Shown here piece after piece: positions 37,200 through 49,959 of a stretch of 64,000 nucleotides of DNA; positions within the stretch are counted from its first letter, which is position 1; every line of letters starts with the position of its first letter. Both the position numbers and the translations under genes were made by a program. The stretch is from Hypanus sabinus (Eukaryota): the NCBI RefSeq assembly GCF_030144855.1, contig NC_082717.1:3968001-4032000 (forward strand), read 5' to 3'. The notes under the pieces were generated by a model. The model was given only the letters and a program-made list of their open reading frames with translations. It was not told the DNA's origin and did not search any database.

Positions 37200-39365
37200 G
37201 AACATAAAGCGGTACAGCACAGGAACAGGCCCTTTGCCCACAATGTTGTGCCAAGTCAGTGAAATTAGTTTCCAAATGAACTGCTAAACTTAGCTCTTTT
37301 ACCTACACAATGCCCAGAAGCAGCAAAGTTGTATAAGACATCGTGAGGTTTAATTTGGAGTGTTGTGTGGAGTTTTGTTCCCCTACCTACAGGAAAGATG
37401 TAAACAAGGTTAAAAGATGGTCTGGTGGACCTGAGTTATAAGGAAAGATTGAATTTTCTAGGGAATAAATGTCCTAACCTATTCAACCTATTCTCATAAG
37501 GCATTCTCCCCAATCCAGGCAACATTCTTGTCAATCTCCTCTGCACCCTTTCTATGGCTTCCACATCCTTCCTGTAGTGAGGTGACCAGAACTGAGCACA
37601 GTACTCCAAGTGGGGTCTGACCAGGGTCCTATATAACTGCAACATTACCTCTTGGCTTCTAAATTCAATTCCACGATTGATGAAGGCTAATACACCATAC
37701 ACTTTCTTAACCACAGAGTCAACCTGTGCTGCTGCTTTGAGCATCCTATGGACGGACCCCAAAATCCACTCTGCCAAGAGTCTTACCATTAATACTATAT
37801 TCTGCCATCATACTTGACCTACCAAAATGAACCACTTCACACTTATCTGGGTTGAACTCCATCTGCCACTTCTCAGCCCAGTTTGCATCCTCTCCATGTC
37901 CTACTGTAACCTCTGATAGCCCTCCACACTATCCACAACACCTCCAACCTTTGTGTCATCAGTAAGCTTACTAACCCAGCCCTCCACTTCCTCATCCAGG
38001 CCATTTATAAAAATCACAAAGAGTAAGAGTCCCAGAACAGATCCCTGAGGCACACCACTGGTCACTGACCTCCATGCAGAATATGACCCATCTACAACCA
38101 CTCTTTGCCTTCTGTGGGCATGCCAGTTCTGGATCCACAAAGCAATGTCCCCTTGCATCGCATATCTCCTTACTTTCTCAATAAGCCTTGCATGGGGTAC
38201 CTTATCAAACGCTTTGCTGAAATCCATATACAGTACATCTACTGCTCTTCCTTCATCAACGTGTTTAGTCACATCCTCAAAAAATTCAATCAGGCTCTTA
38301 AGGCACGACCTGCCCTTGACAAAGCCACGCTGACTATTCATAATCATATTATACCTCTCCAAATGTTCATAAATCCTGCATCTCAGGATTTTCTGCATCA
38401 ACTTACCAACCACTGAGGTAAGACTCACTGGTCTATAATTTCCTGGGCTATCTCTACTCCCTTTCTTGAATAAAGGAACAACATCCGCTACCCTCCACTC
38501 CTCTGGAACCTCTCGCGATCATTGATGTTGCAAAGATCATCACCAGAGGCTCAGCAATCTCCTTTGTCACCTCCCACAGTAGACTGGGCTAACATCTCAT
38601 CTGGTCCCAGCGACTTATCCGACTTGGGCTGATCCAATTCTTCCAGTCATCTCCACTCCCCATACTCTTAGATGCCACAGCTAATCAAGAACCTCATCCT
38701 TAAATACGCCCGATGTCTTGGCCTCCACAGCTGCTCGTGGCAACAAATTCCACAGATTTACCACCATCTGACTAAAGTAATTTCTCCGCATCTCAAAGTG
38801 GACTTTCTTCATCCTGAAGTCGTAGCCTTTTATCCTAGAAGCCCCTACCATGGGAAGTAACTTTGCCATATCTAATCCATTCAGGCCTTTTAACATCTGG
38901 AATGTTTCTATGAGATCCCCCCCCTCATTCTCCAGAACACCAGGGAATGCAGCCCAAGAGGTGTCAGATGTTTCTCATACGATCACCCTTTCATTCCTGG
39001 AATCATTCTTGTGATTCTTCTCGGAACCCTCTCCAATGTCATTCTATCCTTCTTAAAGTAAGGAAGCCAAAACTGCACACAATACTCCAAATGTGGTCTC
39101 ACGCGTAAATTATAGAGCCTCAACATCTCATCCCTGCTCTTATATTCTATACCTCTAGAAATGAATGCCAACATTACATTCACTTTCTTCACAACCAACT
39201 CAACTTGGAGGTTAACCTTCAGGGTATCTTGCACGAGGACTCCCAAGTCCCTTTGCATCTCTGCATTTTGAATTCTCTCCCCATCTAAATAATTTTCTGC
39301 CCATTTATTTCTTCGACCAAAGTGCATGACCATACACTTTCCAACATTGTATTTCATTTGCCGCT
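37200..39365 (-). mobile_element. Two adjacent CR1 RT/3' fragments
   Basis: ORFs 37436..37789, 37901..38428 and 38983..39357 with CR1 RT motifs. Confidence 0.92.
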
Positions 39366-39369
39366 ATCT

Positions 39370-39620
39370 AAGTCACCCTGCAGGCTCTCTGTTTCCTCAA
39401 CACGCCGTTGAGGTTATCCTGACAGGATGCAATGCAGCCTGGATGGAAACCCCGATATCCAAAATGGAAAGTCTACTAAAGGCAGTGGATACAGCCCAGT
39501 CCATCATGGAGAAAGCATTCCCTGCCATTGAGCACATCTCCAAGGAGTGCTGCCACCAGAAAGCAGCATTCATCATCATAGACCACCTCCACCCAGCCCA
39601 TTCTCTCTCCTCACTGACTC
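39370..39620 (+). mobile_element. Rex1/Babar-like LINE RT C-terminal fragment seeding the adjacent minisatellite
   Basis: Translates to VEVILTGCNAAW...KAVDTAQSIMEKAFPAIEHISKECCHQKAAFIIIDHLHPAHSL. Confidence 0.8.
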
Positions 39621-42583
39621 CAGAAAGCAGATCCATCGTCACAGACCACCTCCACCCAGCCCATGCTCTCCTCACTGTCTCCAGAAAGCAGATTCATCAT
39701 CACAGACCACCTCCACCCAGCCCATGCTCTCTCCTCACTGTCTCCAGAAAGCAGATTCATCATCACAGACCACCTCCACCCAGCCCATGCTCTCTCCTCA
39801 CTGTCTCCAGAAAGCAGATTCATTATCACAGACCACCTCCACCCAGCCCATGCTCTCTCCTCACTCTCCAGAAAGCAGCATTCATCATCACAGACCACCT
39901 CCACCCAGCCCATGCTCTCTCCTCACTGTGTCCAGAAAGCAGATTCATCGTCACAGACCACCTCCACCCAGCCCATGCTCTCTCCCCACTGTCTCCAGAA
40001 AGCAGATTCATCATCACAGACCACCTCCACCCAGCCCATGCTCTCTCCTCACTGTCTCCAGAAAGCAGATTCATTGTCACAGACCACCTCCACCCAGCCC
40101 ATGCTCTCTCCCCACTGTCTCCAGAAAGCAGATTCATTGTCACAGACCACCTCCACCCAGCCCATGCTCTCTCCTCACTGTCTCCAGAAAGCAGATTCAT
40201 CATCACAGACCACCTCCACCCAGCCCATGCTCTCTCCTCACTGTCTCCAGAAAGCAGATACATCATCACAGACCACCTCCACCCAGCCCATGCTCTCTCC
40301 TCACTGTCTCCAGAAAGCAGATTCATCGTCACAGACCACCTCCACCCAGCCCATGCTCTCTCCTCACTGTGTCCAGAAAGCAGATTCATCATCACAGACC
40401 ACCTCCACCCAGCCCATGCTCTCTCCTCACTGTCTCCAGAAAGCAGATTCATCGTCACAGACCACCTCCACCCAGCCCATGCTCTCTCCTCACTGTCTCC
40501 AGAAAGCAGCATTCGACATCACAGACCACCTCCACCCAGCCCAAGCTCTCTCCTCACTGTCTCCAGAAAGCAGATTCATCATCACAGACCACCTCCACCC
40601 AGCCCATGCTCTCTCCTCACTGTCTCCAGAAAGCAGCATTCATCATCACAGACCACCTCCACCCAGCCCATGCTCTCTCCTCACTGTCTCCAGAAAGCAG
40701 CATTCATCATCACAGACCACCTCCACCCAGCCCATGCTCTCTCCTCACTGTCTCCAGAAAGCAGATACATCATCACAGACCACCTCCACCCAGCCCATGC
40801 TCTCTCCTCACTGTCTCCAGAAAGCAGATTCATCGTCACAGACCACCTCCACCCAGCCCATGCTCTCTCCTCACTGTGTCCAGAAAGCAGATTCATCATC
40901 ACAGACCACCTCCACCCAGCCCATGCTCTCTCCTCACTGTCTCCAGAAAGCAGATTCATCGTCACAGACCACCTCCACCCAGCCCATGCTCTCTCCTCAC
41001 TGTCTCCAGAAAGCAGCATTCGACATCACAGACCACCTCCACCCAGCCCAAGCTCTCTCCTCACTGTCTCCAGAAAGCAGATTCATCATCACAGACCACC
41101 TCCACCCAGCCCATGCTCTCTCCTCACTGTCTCCAGAAAGCAGCATTCATCATCACAGACCACCTCCACCCAGCCCATGCTCTCTCCTCACTGTCTCCAG
41201 AAAGCAGCATTCATCATCACAGACCACCTCCACCCAGCCCATGCTCTCTCCTCACTGTGTCCAGAAAGCAGCATTCATCATCACAGACCACCTCCACCCA
41301 GCCCATGCTCTCTCCTCACTGTGTCCAGAAAGCAGATTCATTGTCACAGACCACTTCCACCCAGCCCATTCTCTCTCCTCACTGACTCCAGAAAGCAGAT
41401 CCATCATCACAGACCACCTCCACCCAGCCCATGCTCTCTCCTCACTGTCTCCAGAAAGCAGATTCATCATCACAGACCACCTCCACCCAGCCCATGCTCT
41501 CTCCTCACTGTCTCCAGAAAGCAGCATTCATCATCACAGACCACCTCCACCCAGCCCATGCTCTCTCCTCACTGTCTCCAGAAAGCAGCATTCATCATCA
41601 CAGACCACCTCCACCCAGCCCATGCTCTCTCCTCACTGTGTCCAGAAAGCAGATTCATTGTCACAGACCACTTCCACCCAGCCCATTCTCTCTCCTCACT
41701 GACTCCAGAAAGCAGATCCATCATCACAGACCACCTCCACCCAGCCCATGCTCTCTCCTCACTGTCTCCAGAAAGCAGATTCATCATCACAGACCACCTC
41801 CACCCAGCCCATGCTCTCTCCTCACTGTCTCCAGAAAGCAGATTCATTATCACAGACCACCTCCACCCAGCCCATGCTCTCTCCTCACTGTCTCCAGAAA
41901 GCAGATTCATCCTCACAGACCACCTCCACCCAGCCCATGCTCTCTCCTCACTCTCCAGAAAGCAGAATCATCATCACAGACCACCTCCACCCAGCCCATG
42001 CTCTCTCCTCACTGTGTCCAGAAAGCAGATTCATTGTCACAGACCACCTCCACCCAGCCCATGCTCTCTCCCCACTGTCTCCAGAAAGCAGATTCATTGT
42101 CACAGACCACCTCCACCCAGCCCATGCTCTCTCCTCACTGTCTCCAGAAAGCAGATTCATCATCACAGACCACCTCCACCCAGCCCATGCTCTCTCCTCA
42201 CTGTCTCCAGAAAGCAGATACATCATCACAGACCACCTCCACCCAGCCCATGCTCTCTCCTCACTGTCTCCAGAAAGCAGATTCATCGTCACAGACCACC
42301 TCCACCCAGCCCATGCTCTCTCCTCACTGTGTCCAGAAAGCAGATTCATCATCACAGACCACCTCCACCCAGCCCATGCTCTCTCCTCACTGTCTCCAGA
42401 AAGCAGATTCATCGTCACAGACCACCTCCACCCAGCCCATGCTCTCTCCTCACTGTCTCCAGAAAGCAGCATTCGACATCACAGATCACCTCCACCCAGC
42501 CCATGCTCTCTCCTCACTGTCTCCAGAAAGCAGATTCATCATCACAGACCACCTCCACCCAGCCCATGCTCTCTCCTCACTGT
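39557..42583. repeat. 63-bp minisatellite, ~48 copies
   Basis: Unit cagaaagcagattcatcatcacagaccacctccacccagcccatgctctctcctcactgtctc, with variants differing by 1-2 bp in length. Confidence 0.98.
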
Positions 42584-42744
42584 TGCCAGAATCTATTCAT
42601 ATTGGGAAATCAATATAGAAGCAGAGCAAGTGTAAATCAGCCCCAGATTAAACCACATCTGCTTATTTTGCAGATGCTACTTTTATATGTTGGCTTTGAG
42701 ACTTTGATGATGTGTATGACAGGTGTACACTTAATGAAATAGCA

Positions 42745-43692
42745 AGTAACTTCTGCCACCTCCAACGGGATCCCACTACCAAGCACATTTTTCCCTCCCC
42801 CCTCTTTCTGCTTTCAGCAGGGATCACTTCCTATGCAGCTCCCTTGTCCACTCGTCCCCCCCATCCCTTCCCACCGATCTCCCTCCTGGCACTTATCCTT
42901 GTAAATGGAACAAGTGCTACACCTGCCCTTACACTTCCTCCCTCACCACCATTCAGGGCCCCAGACAGTCCTTCCAGGTGAGGCGACACTTCACCTGTGA
43001 GTCGGCTGGTGTGGTATACTGCGTCTGGTGCTCCCGGTGTGGCCTTTTATATATTGGTGAGATCCGACGCAGACTGGGAGTCCGTTTCGCTGAACACCTA
43101 CGCTCGGTCCACCAGAGAAAGCAGGATTTCCCATTTTAATTCCACGTCCCATTCCCATTCTGATATGTCCTCCATGGCCTCCTCTATTGTCAAAATGAAT
43201 CCAAACTCAGGTTGGAGGAACAACACCTTATATACTGGCTGGGTAGCCTCCAACCTGATGGCATGAACATTGACTTCTCTAACTTCTGTTAATGCCCTTC
43301 CTCCCCTTCTTACCCCATCCCTGACATATTTAGTTGTTTGCCTGTTCTCCATCTCCCTCTGGTGCTTGCCCCGCTTTTTCTTTCTCCCGAGGCCTCCCGT
43401 CCCATGATCCTTTCCCTTCTCCAGCTCTGTATCACTTTCGCCAATCACCTTTCCAGCTCTTAGCTTCATCCCACCCCCTCCGGTCTTCTCCTATCATTTC
43501 GCATTTCCCCCTCCCCCCATTACTTTCAAATCTCTTACTATCTTTCCTTTCATTTAGTCCTGACGAAGGGTCCCGGCCTGAAACATCGACAGCGCTTCTC
43601 CCTGTAGATGCTGCCTGGGCTGCTGTGTTCCACCAGCATTTTGTGTGTGTTGCTTGAATTTCCAGCGTCTGCAGATTTCCTCGTGTTTGCTC
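42745..43692 (+). mobile_element. Penelope-like retroelement 3' fragment (GIY-YIG endonuclease, pLTR with hammerhead-like motif)
   Basis: ~42975-43120 encodes FTCESAGVVYCVWCSRCGLLYIGEIRRRLGVRFAEHL. Flanked by an 11-bp near-perfect TSD atgaaatagca (42734-42744) / atgaagtagca (43693-43703). Confidence 0.9.
43556..43592 (+). ncRNA. Minimal hammerhead ribozyme motif in the Penelope tail (possibly decayed)
   Basis: gtc-CTGACGA-AGG(gtcccgg)CCT-GAAA-CA-TC-gac: conserved core, closable stems I and II, and an NUH triplet (AUC). Confidence 0.6.
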
Positions 43693-44014
43693 ATGAAGTA
43701 GCAGGTTATTGTTTTCTAACCTCATCCGCACTATGCATGACAAAAATTCAGGAAGTGCCTCCAGCAAGCAATCGTGTCATCAGTCCAGAAACATTTATCA
43801 GAAGGTGGAAGTACAATGCAAATATTGCTGAAAGGCTTCCGGTTTTATTCTAAAAAAAGAAGGTACAGGAGTCTTAGGTCCCACACCACCAAGTTCAGGA
43901 ATGGTTATTACCCCTTAACTATCAGGCATCTGAACTGGTGTGAAAAACCTTACTCACCTCAACACTGAACTGATTCCACAAACCATGGGCTCCCTTTCAA
44001 GGAGTCTACAACTC

Positions 44015-44215
44015 ACGGTACATGGTAGAGGAGTGGCTAGCACAACGAGTAACAGTGCAGATGACCCGAGTTCAATTTCCATCCCTATCTGTAAGGAGGT
44101 TATAGTTCTCCCCATATCTGAGTGGGTTTCCTTCCATGGTTCAAAGACTTACTAGTTGGTAGGTTAATTGGTCATTGTAAATTGTCCCATGATTAGGCTG
44201 GGATTAAATTGGGTA
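44015..44215 (+). mobile_element. tRNA-derived SINE (V-SINE/HE1-like)
   Basis: A-box/B-box-like head (…gagttcaatt…) followed by gggtttcc…ggttaattggtcattgtaaattgtccc core. Confidence 0.7.
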
Positions 44216-44899
44216 CCGCACTGCGTCTCAATCAATATCTAAATGTCATAACAAATGCAGAATCTATTCATATTGGGAAATCAATATAGAAGCAGAGAAA
44301 GTGGAAATCAGCCCCAGATCAAACCACATCTGTTTATTTTGCAGATACTATTTTTAAATGTTGGCTTTGAGGTTTTGATGATGTGTGTGATAGGTGTACA
44401 CTTAATGAAATAGCAGGTTATTTTTTTCTAACCCCAACCGCACTATGAATGAAAAAAATTCAAGAAGTGCCTCCAGTAAGCAATTGTGTCATCAGTCCAG
44501 AAATATTTATCAGAAAGTGGAAGTAGAATGCAAATATTGTTGAAAGAGTTCAGGTTTTATTCTAAATGTTATAGCAATTTAACTGAAAAGGAAGTAATGA
44601 GTTTATATGTTGGCACACCCATTACTTCAACATTACAAAGATGCTGGTCTCTCCCTCGGCCTGGCTGCTGAACTATTCAGGTGCCTGTCCAGTCAGTCTC
44701 CCACCCTCCATCAACTTCAAACAAACTGACCGTCACGACGGGCGCTGGCAATGTTGGAACCCAAGTGTGCAGGAAAGACAGACTCTGATTAGAGACGATA
44801 ACAACAGTTTATTCATAATAATTCAAAAAGAATATCAGTGGCCGGCCGAGTGACACCATGAGAAGTAACAGTCCCAAAATCAGGACTCTGTGATGAGTG

Positions 44900-47035
44900 C
44901 TAATCGGGCATCTGCTTACAGGAACCCCTGAGCCCATCAGAATGAACTGAGCGAGTTTAAACAGAAAGCATCAGGAGAACACGTTACAGAGAGACCTGTA
45001 CAAGAGAGACGGGTTACACCTGAACTACAAGGGGACCAATGTACTTGCAGGGAGGTTTGCTAGTGCTATGGGGGGCGGGGGGAGGTTAAATGAGATTTGC
45101 AGGGGAATGGGAACCAGAGTGACAGAGCAGATAGTGGAGCGGGGGTGAAAATAAATGATGTTAAAGGTTCATGCAAAGTCACAAATAGAAGGGTTGTGTG
45201 TGGTGGTAATAATCTTCTGAGCTGTGCCTATTTCAATGAGAGGAGCATTGTGGGGAAGGCAGACGAGCTGAGGGCGTGGATTGACGTGTGGAATTTAGAC
45301 ATTGTAGCCATTAGTGAAACTTGGGTACAGGAGGGGTAGGACTGGCAGCTCAATGTTCCAGGGTTCCGATGTTTCAGATGTGATACAGGCAGAGAGGATT
45401 TATTTACTCTGATTTGCCTCAAGACATCAAGCACCTCCTCCTCTTTAATCTGTATAAATTCATGACCTCCCTACTTGTTTGCCTTGTTTCCATAGACTCC
45501 ATTCCAGTTTCCTTAGTAAGTACAGACGCAAAAAATCTCATTTAAGATCTCTCCCATTTCTTTTGGTTCCATACATAGCCGACCACTCTGATCTTCAAGA
45601 GGACCAATTTTATCCCTTACTATCCTTTTGCTCTTAACTTCCCTGTAGAAGCTCTTAGGATTATCCTTCACCCTGACTGCCAAAGCAACCTCATGTCTTC
45701 TTTTAGCCCTCCTGATTTCTGTCTTAAGTATTTTCTTACTCTTTTTACACTTCTCAAGCATCTTATTTCCTCCCTGTTGCCTATACACGTTATACATCTC
45801 TCTCTTCTTCTTTATCAGAGTTCCAATATCCCTCGAGAACCAAGATTCCTTATTCTTATTCATTTTGCCTTTAACTCTGACTGGAACATACAAACTCTGC
45901 AAGTTTGTTAGTCAGGAAGATTCAGTCGCTAGGAATACATGGTGAGGTAGTTAATGGGATTAGACATTGGCTCAATGGGAGAAGCCAGAGAGTGGTAGTG
46001 GAAGATTGCTTCTCTGAGTGGTGGCCTGTGTCTAGTGGTGTGCCACAGGGATCAGTGCTGGGTCCATTGTTATTTGTCATCTAGATCAATGATCTGGATG
46101 ATAATGTGGTAAATTGGATCAGTAAATTTATTGATGATACAAAGATTGCAGGTGTAGTTTACAGTGAGGAAGGTTTTCAAAGCTTGCAGAGGGATCTGGA
46201 CCAGCTGGAAAAATGGGCTGAAAAATGGCAGATGGACTTTAATACAGACATGTGTGAGGTATTGCACTTTGGAAGGAAAAACCAAGGTAGAACATACAAG
46301 GTAAATGGTAGGGCACTGAGGAGTGCAGTAGAACAGAGGGATCTGGAAGTACAGATACATAATTCCTTAAAAGTGGCATCATAGGTAGATAGGGTAGTAA
46401 AGAGAGCTTTTGGTACATTGGTGTTTATAAATCAAAGTATTGAGTGTAAGAGTTGGAATGTTATGGTGAGTTTGTATAAGGCATTGGTAAAGCTGAATTT
46501 GGAGTATTGTGTACAGTTTTGGTCACCTAGTTACAGGAAGCATATTAATAAGGTTGAAAGAGTGCAGAGAAGGTTTACAAGGATATTGCTGGGACTTGAG
46601 AAACTGAGTTACAGAGAAACGTTATTAGGACGTTATTCCCTGGAGCATAGAAGAATGAGGGGAGATTTGATAAAGGTGTATAAAATTATGATGGGTGTCA
46701 ATAGAGTGAATGCAAGCAGGCTTTTTCCACTGAGACTAGGGGAGAAAAAAAAACAGAGGACATGGTTTAAGTGTGAAGGGGGAAAAGTTTAAAGGGAACA
46801 TTTGGAGGGGACTACTTCACACGATGTGTTGGGAGTTTGGAATGAGCTGCCAGATGAATTGGTAAATGAGGGCTCACTTTTCAAACTTAAGAAAAACTTG
46901 GACAGGTACCTGGATGAGAGGGGTATGGAGGGATATGGGTCAGGTGCAGGTCAGTGGGACTAGGCAGAAAAATGGTTCAGCACAGTGAAGGACCAGAGGG
47001 CCTGTTTCTGTGCTGTAACGTTCTATGTTCTATAG
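44900..47035 (+). mobile_element. CR1 with internal deletions and an inverted internal segment (~45385-45900)
   Basis: Plus-strand esterase end and APE start, then a minus-strand linker (ORF 45513..45902), then plus-strand RT to the 3' tail. Confidence 0.85.
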
Positions 47036-47902
47036 AGTAAGTCGTGGAGAAAATCACAAGGAATTCTAAACAATGACTGTCATTAAACAATAATTAACTA
47101 TTTCAGGATGTCTAAAAACCTCAGACCCAGTGCTCCAAACAGGCCTGAAGAACTCATTACTGACTTCCCTCCCTATGGCTGGCACCCGATGTCCCAGGGA
47201 GACCTGAAAACGCAAGAGTCAGGGATGAATTGAGGGATTTGGGAAACTCGAGACAGAGGCACAGAAAGCTCAGAAAGGAGATCTGGGGAACTTGAGAGGG
47301 AACTTAGAACAGTACAGCACAGGAACAACCCTTCGATCTACAATATTGTGCCAAACCAGTTAAGTTGCAAATCAAAAACACCCAAACATCAATCCCTCCT
47401 ACCTACACAATATCCATATTCCTCCATCTTCCTTACATCTCTGTGCCTATCTAAATCTAAGGGACCAAGAGACCAGGGAACCTCTTTCTTTTTTACGGCA
47501 CATTACAGGCCCTTCAGCCCACAATGTTGTGCTGACCATGAAACCTACTCCAGAAACTGCCTAAAATTACCCCACCACATAACCCTCCAGTTTTCTAAGC
47601 TCTACGTACCTATCTAAGAGGCTCTTGAAGAACCTTATTGTATCTGCTTCCACCGCCACCGCCAGCAGTGCATTCCACGCACCCACCATTCTCTGTGTGA
47701 CAAACTTACCCCTGACATGCCCTCGGTACCTGTTTCCAAGCACCTTAAAACTTTGCCCCCTCGTGTTAGCCATTTCAACCATGAGGGAAAAGCCTCTGCC
47801 TACCCACTGTCACAATGCGGAGGGACAAGGGTGCTGGGGGAGGACCCAGATACATGTTGTAAGATTAACTAAATAGAGTTCATTACTATTTACAAGCAGA
47901 AA

Positions 47903-48830
47903 TGTGACGCAAGGATAGAACAGAGAAATCAAGGAGAGTAAAGAGGAAGTGGGAATGGGGGTAATGGATGAGGACTCGGGCCTGGGACTAGGCTGGGACT
48001 CAGAGTCTGGGGGCTAGGACTTGGAGCTCGGAACATGGACCTCAGAGCTTGATACTCGATACATGGGACACCGGAGCCAGGACTTGATACGTGGAATGCC
48101 AGACACAGAATCAGGACCCCTCCTTGGGTACAGGACATAGGGCCAGGACTCATACACGGAACACAAAACGACAGTCCACTCGAGTAGAGGCAAACGGCCT
48201 GCCCACTGAGCAGGATACGAGACCACACAACAATGGAGGGTCCACTCGAGTAGAGGCAAACGGCCTGCCCACTGAGCAGGATACGAGACCACACAACAAT
48301 GGAGGGTCCACTCGAGTAGAGGCAAACGGCCTGCCCGCTGAGCTGGATACGAGACCACACAACAATGGAGGGTCCACTCGAGTAGAGGCAAACGGCCTGC
48401 CCACTGAGCAGGATACGAGACCACACAACAATGGACGGTGCTATAAACTGGGCCCAAGTTTGCTCCAAGCAGCAGGAGCTCTTGACTCACCCTGGCGGGT
48501 TAACCTTGCCCGGACCCACTCTGGCAAGGGAAGGCGGCTTGCTGGCACTTGCTTCGGGAGGAGACTTGGCTCGATCCGGCAAGAAACTCAGTTGTCTCCG
48601 GCTAGATGAGTTTGGCTCACACTGGCTTTGCTGACTTCGTGAACACCCTAGCGCCAAGCAGCTGAAGCTGGAGACTTATAAACCGCCAGTTCGGTCGAGA
48701 GTAAATTGCCTTTAATCACCAAGCCTGAGGAACATGGGAAAACAGGGGATTAAAGGGAAAAAGGAGTCAACGGTCCAGATTGTCACACAAACAAGGTAAA
48801 TTTAAAGGGAACCCAATCCAGACCGTGACA
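47903..48830. mobile_element. Probable solo LTR containing four 66-bp repeats
   Basis: Termini TGTGAC at 47903 and GTGACA at 48830 (TG...CA). No TSD found. Confidence 0.5.
48175..48436. repeat. 66-bp tandem repeat x4
   Basis: tccactcgagtagaggcaaacggcctgccc… recurs at 48175, 48241, 48307 and 48373. Confidence 0.97.
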
Positions 48831-49785
48831 TCCACACAATCGATGCTCCTCTTCATCTTATACATCTCTATAGGGTCAACTCTCATCCTCCATTGCTCCA
48901 AGGGAAAAAGGCCAACTTTACTCAACCTATTCTCCTTCAATCCAGGCAACATTCTTGTAAATCTCCTCTGCACCCTCTCTATAGTATCCACATCCTTCCT
49001 GTAGTGAGGTGCTTAGAACTGAACACAGTACTGCAAGTGGGGTCTGACCAAGGTCTTTTATAGCTGTAACGTTACCTCATGGCTCTTGAACTCAGTCCCA
49101 AGGTTGATGAATGCCGACACACCATGCACCTTCTTAATAACACTGTCAGCCTGCACAGCAGCTTCAAATGCCCTATGGACACAAACCCCAAGATCTCTCA
49201 GATCATCCACACTGCTGAGAGTCTTACCATTAATATTATATTCTGTCTTCAAATTTGACCTACCAAAATTAACCACTTCATACTTAAACAACACACACAA
49301 AGTGCTGGTGGAACACAGCAGACCAGGCAGCATCTATAAGGAGAATCACTGTCGACGTTTGTCAGGGTCTTGGCCCAAAACATCAACAGTGCTTCTCCTT
49401 ACAGATGCTGCCTGGCCTGCTGTGCGTTCCACCAGCACTTTGTGTGTGTTGTTTAAATTTCCAGCATCTGTAGATTTCCCTGTGTTTGCACTTCATACTA
49501 AAGTCCATCTGCCACTTCTCAACCCGGATCTGCACCCAATTGATGTCTCGCTGTGACCTCTGACAAGCCTCCAGACTATCCATAACACACCCAACATCAG
49601 TAAAATACTAACCCATCCTTCGATTTCTTCATCTAGGTCATTTATAAAAATCACAAAGAGGAGGAGTCCCAGATCAGATCCCTGCGGAACACCACTGGTC
49701 ACTGACCTCCACGTAGAATACAGACCATCTACAACCACCCTTTGCCCTATGTGGGCAAGCCATTTCTGGATCCACAATTCTGGAA
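48830..49785 (-). mobile_element. CR1 RT fragment interrupted by a Penelope hairpin (~49285-49490)
   Basis: [15 protein letters not shown] and ERVQRRFTRMLPG motifs. Confidence 0.88.
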
Positions 49786-49959
49786 TCGAAGAGTGAGAGA
49801 ACTTCACACAGGTCAGGGAGAAGAGTTTATAAAAGATATTATTACGAGTTCATGTTTCAACCATTTTCCAACAGTTTATTTTTCTTTTTATATTGTTTGT
49901 TTACTTCCTAAGTAATTTTAGAACAGTTCTTGAGCATGCATGCAAGTGAAAAGGGAGGT

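Noticed and set aside
42674-42722. Plus-strand 49-nt leader-like segment MLLLYVGFETLMMCMT
   Set aside because: The donor is weak (GTGTAC), the duplicate copy has ATA instead of ATG, and there is no plus-strand V exon downstream in the window.
39326-42742. Very long ORFs (1138, 679 and 612 aa)
   Set aside because: They are by-products of a stop-free 63-bp tandem repeat, open in several frames, with no splice or domain evidence.
44015-44090. tRNA gene
   Set aside because: The tRNA-like head continues into a SINE core and cannot fold into a full cloverleaf.
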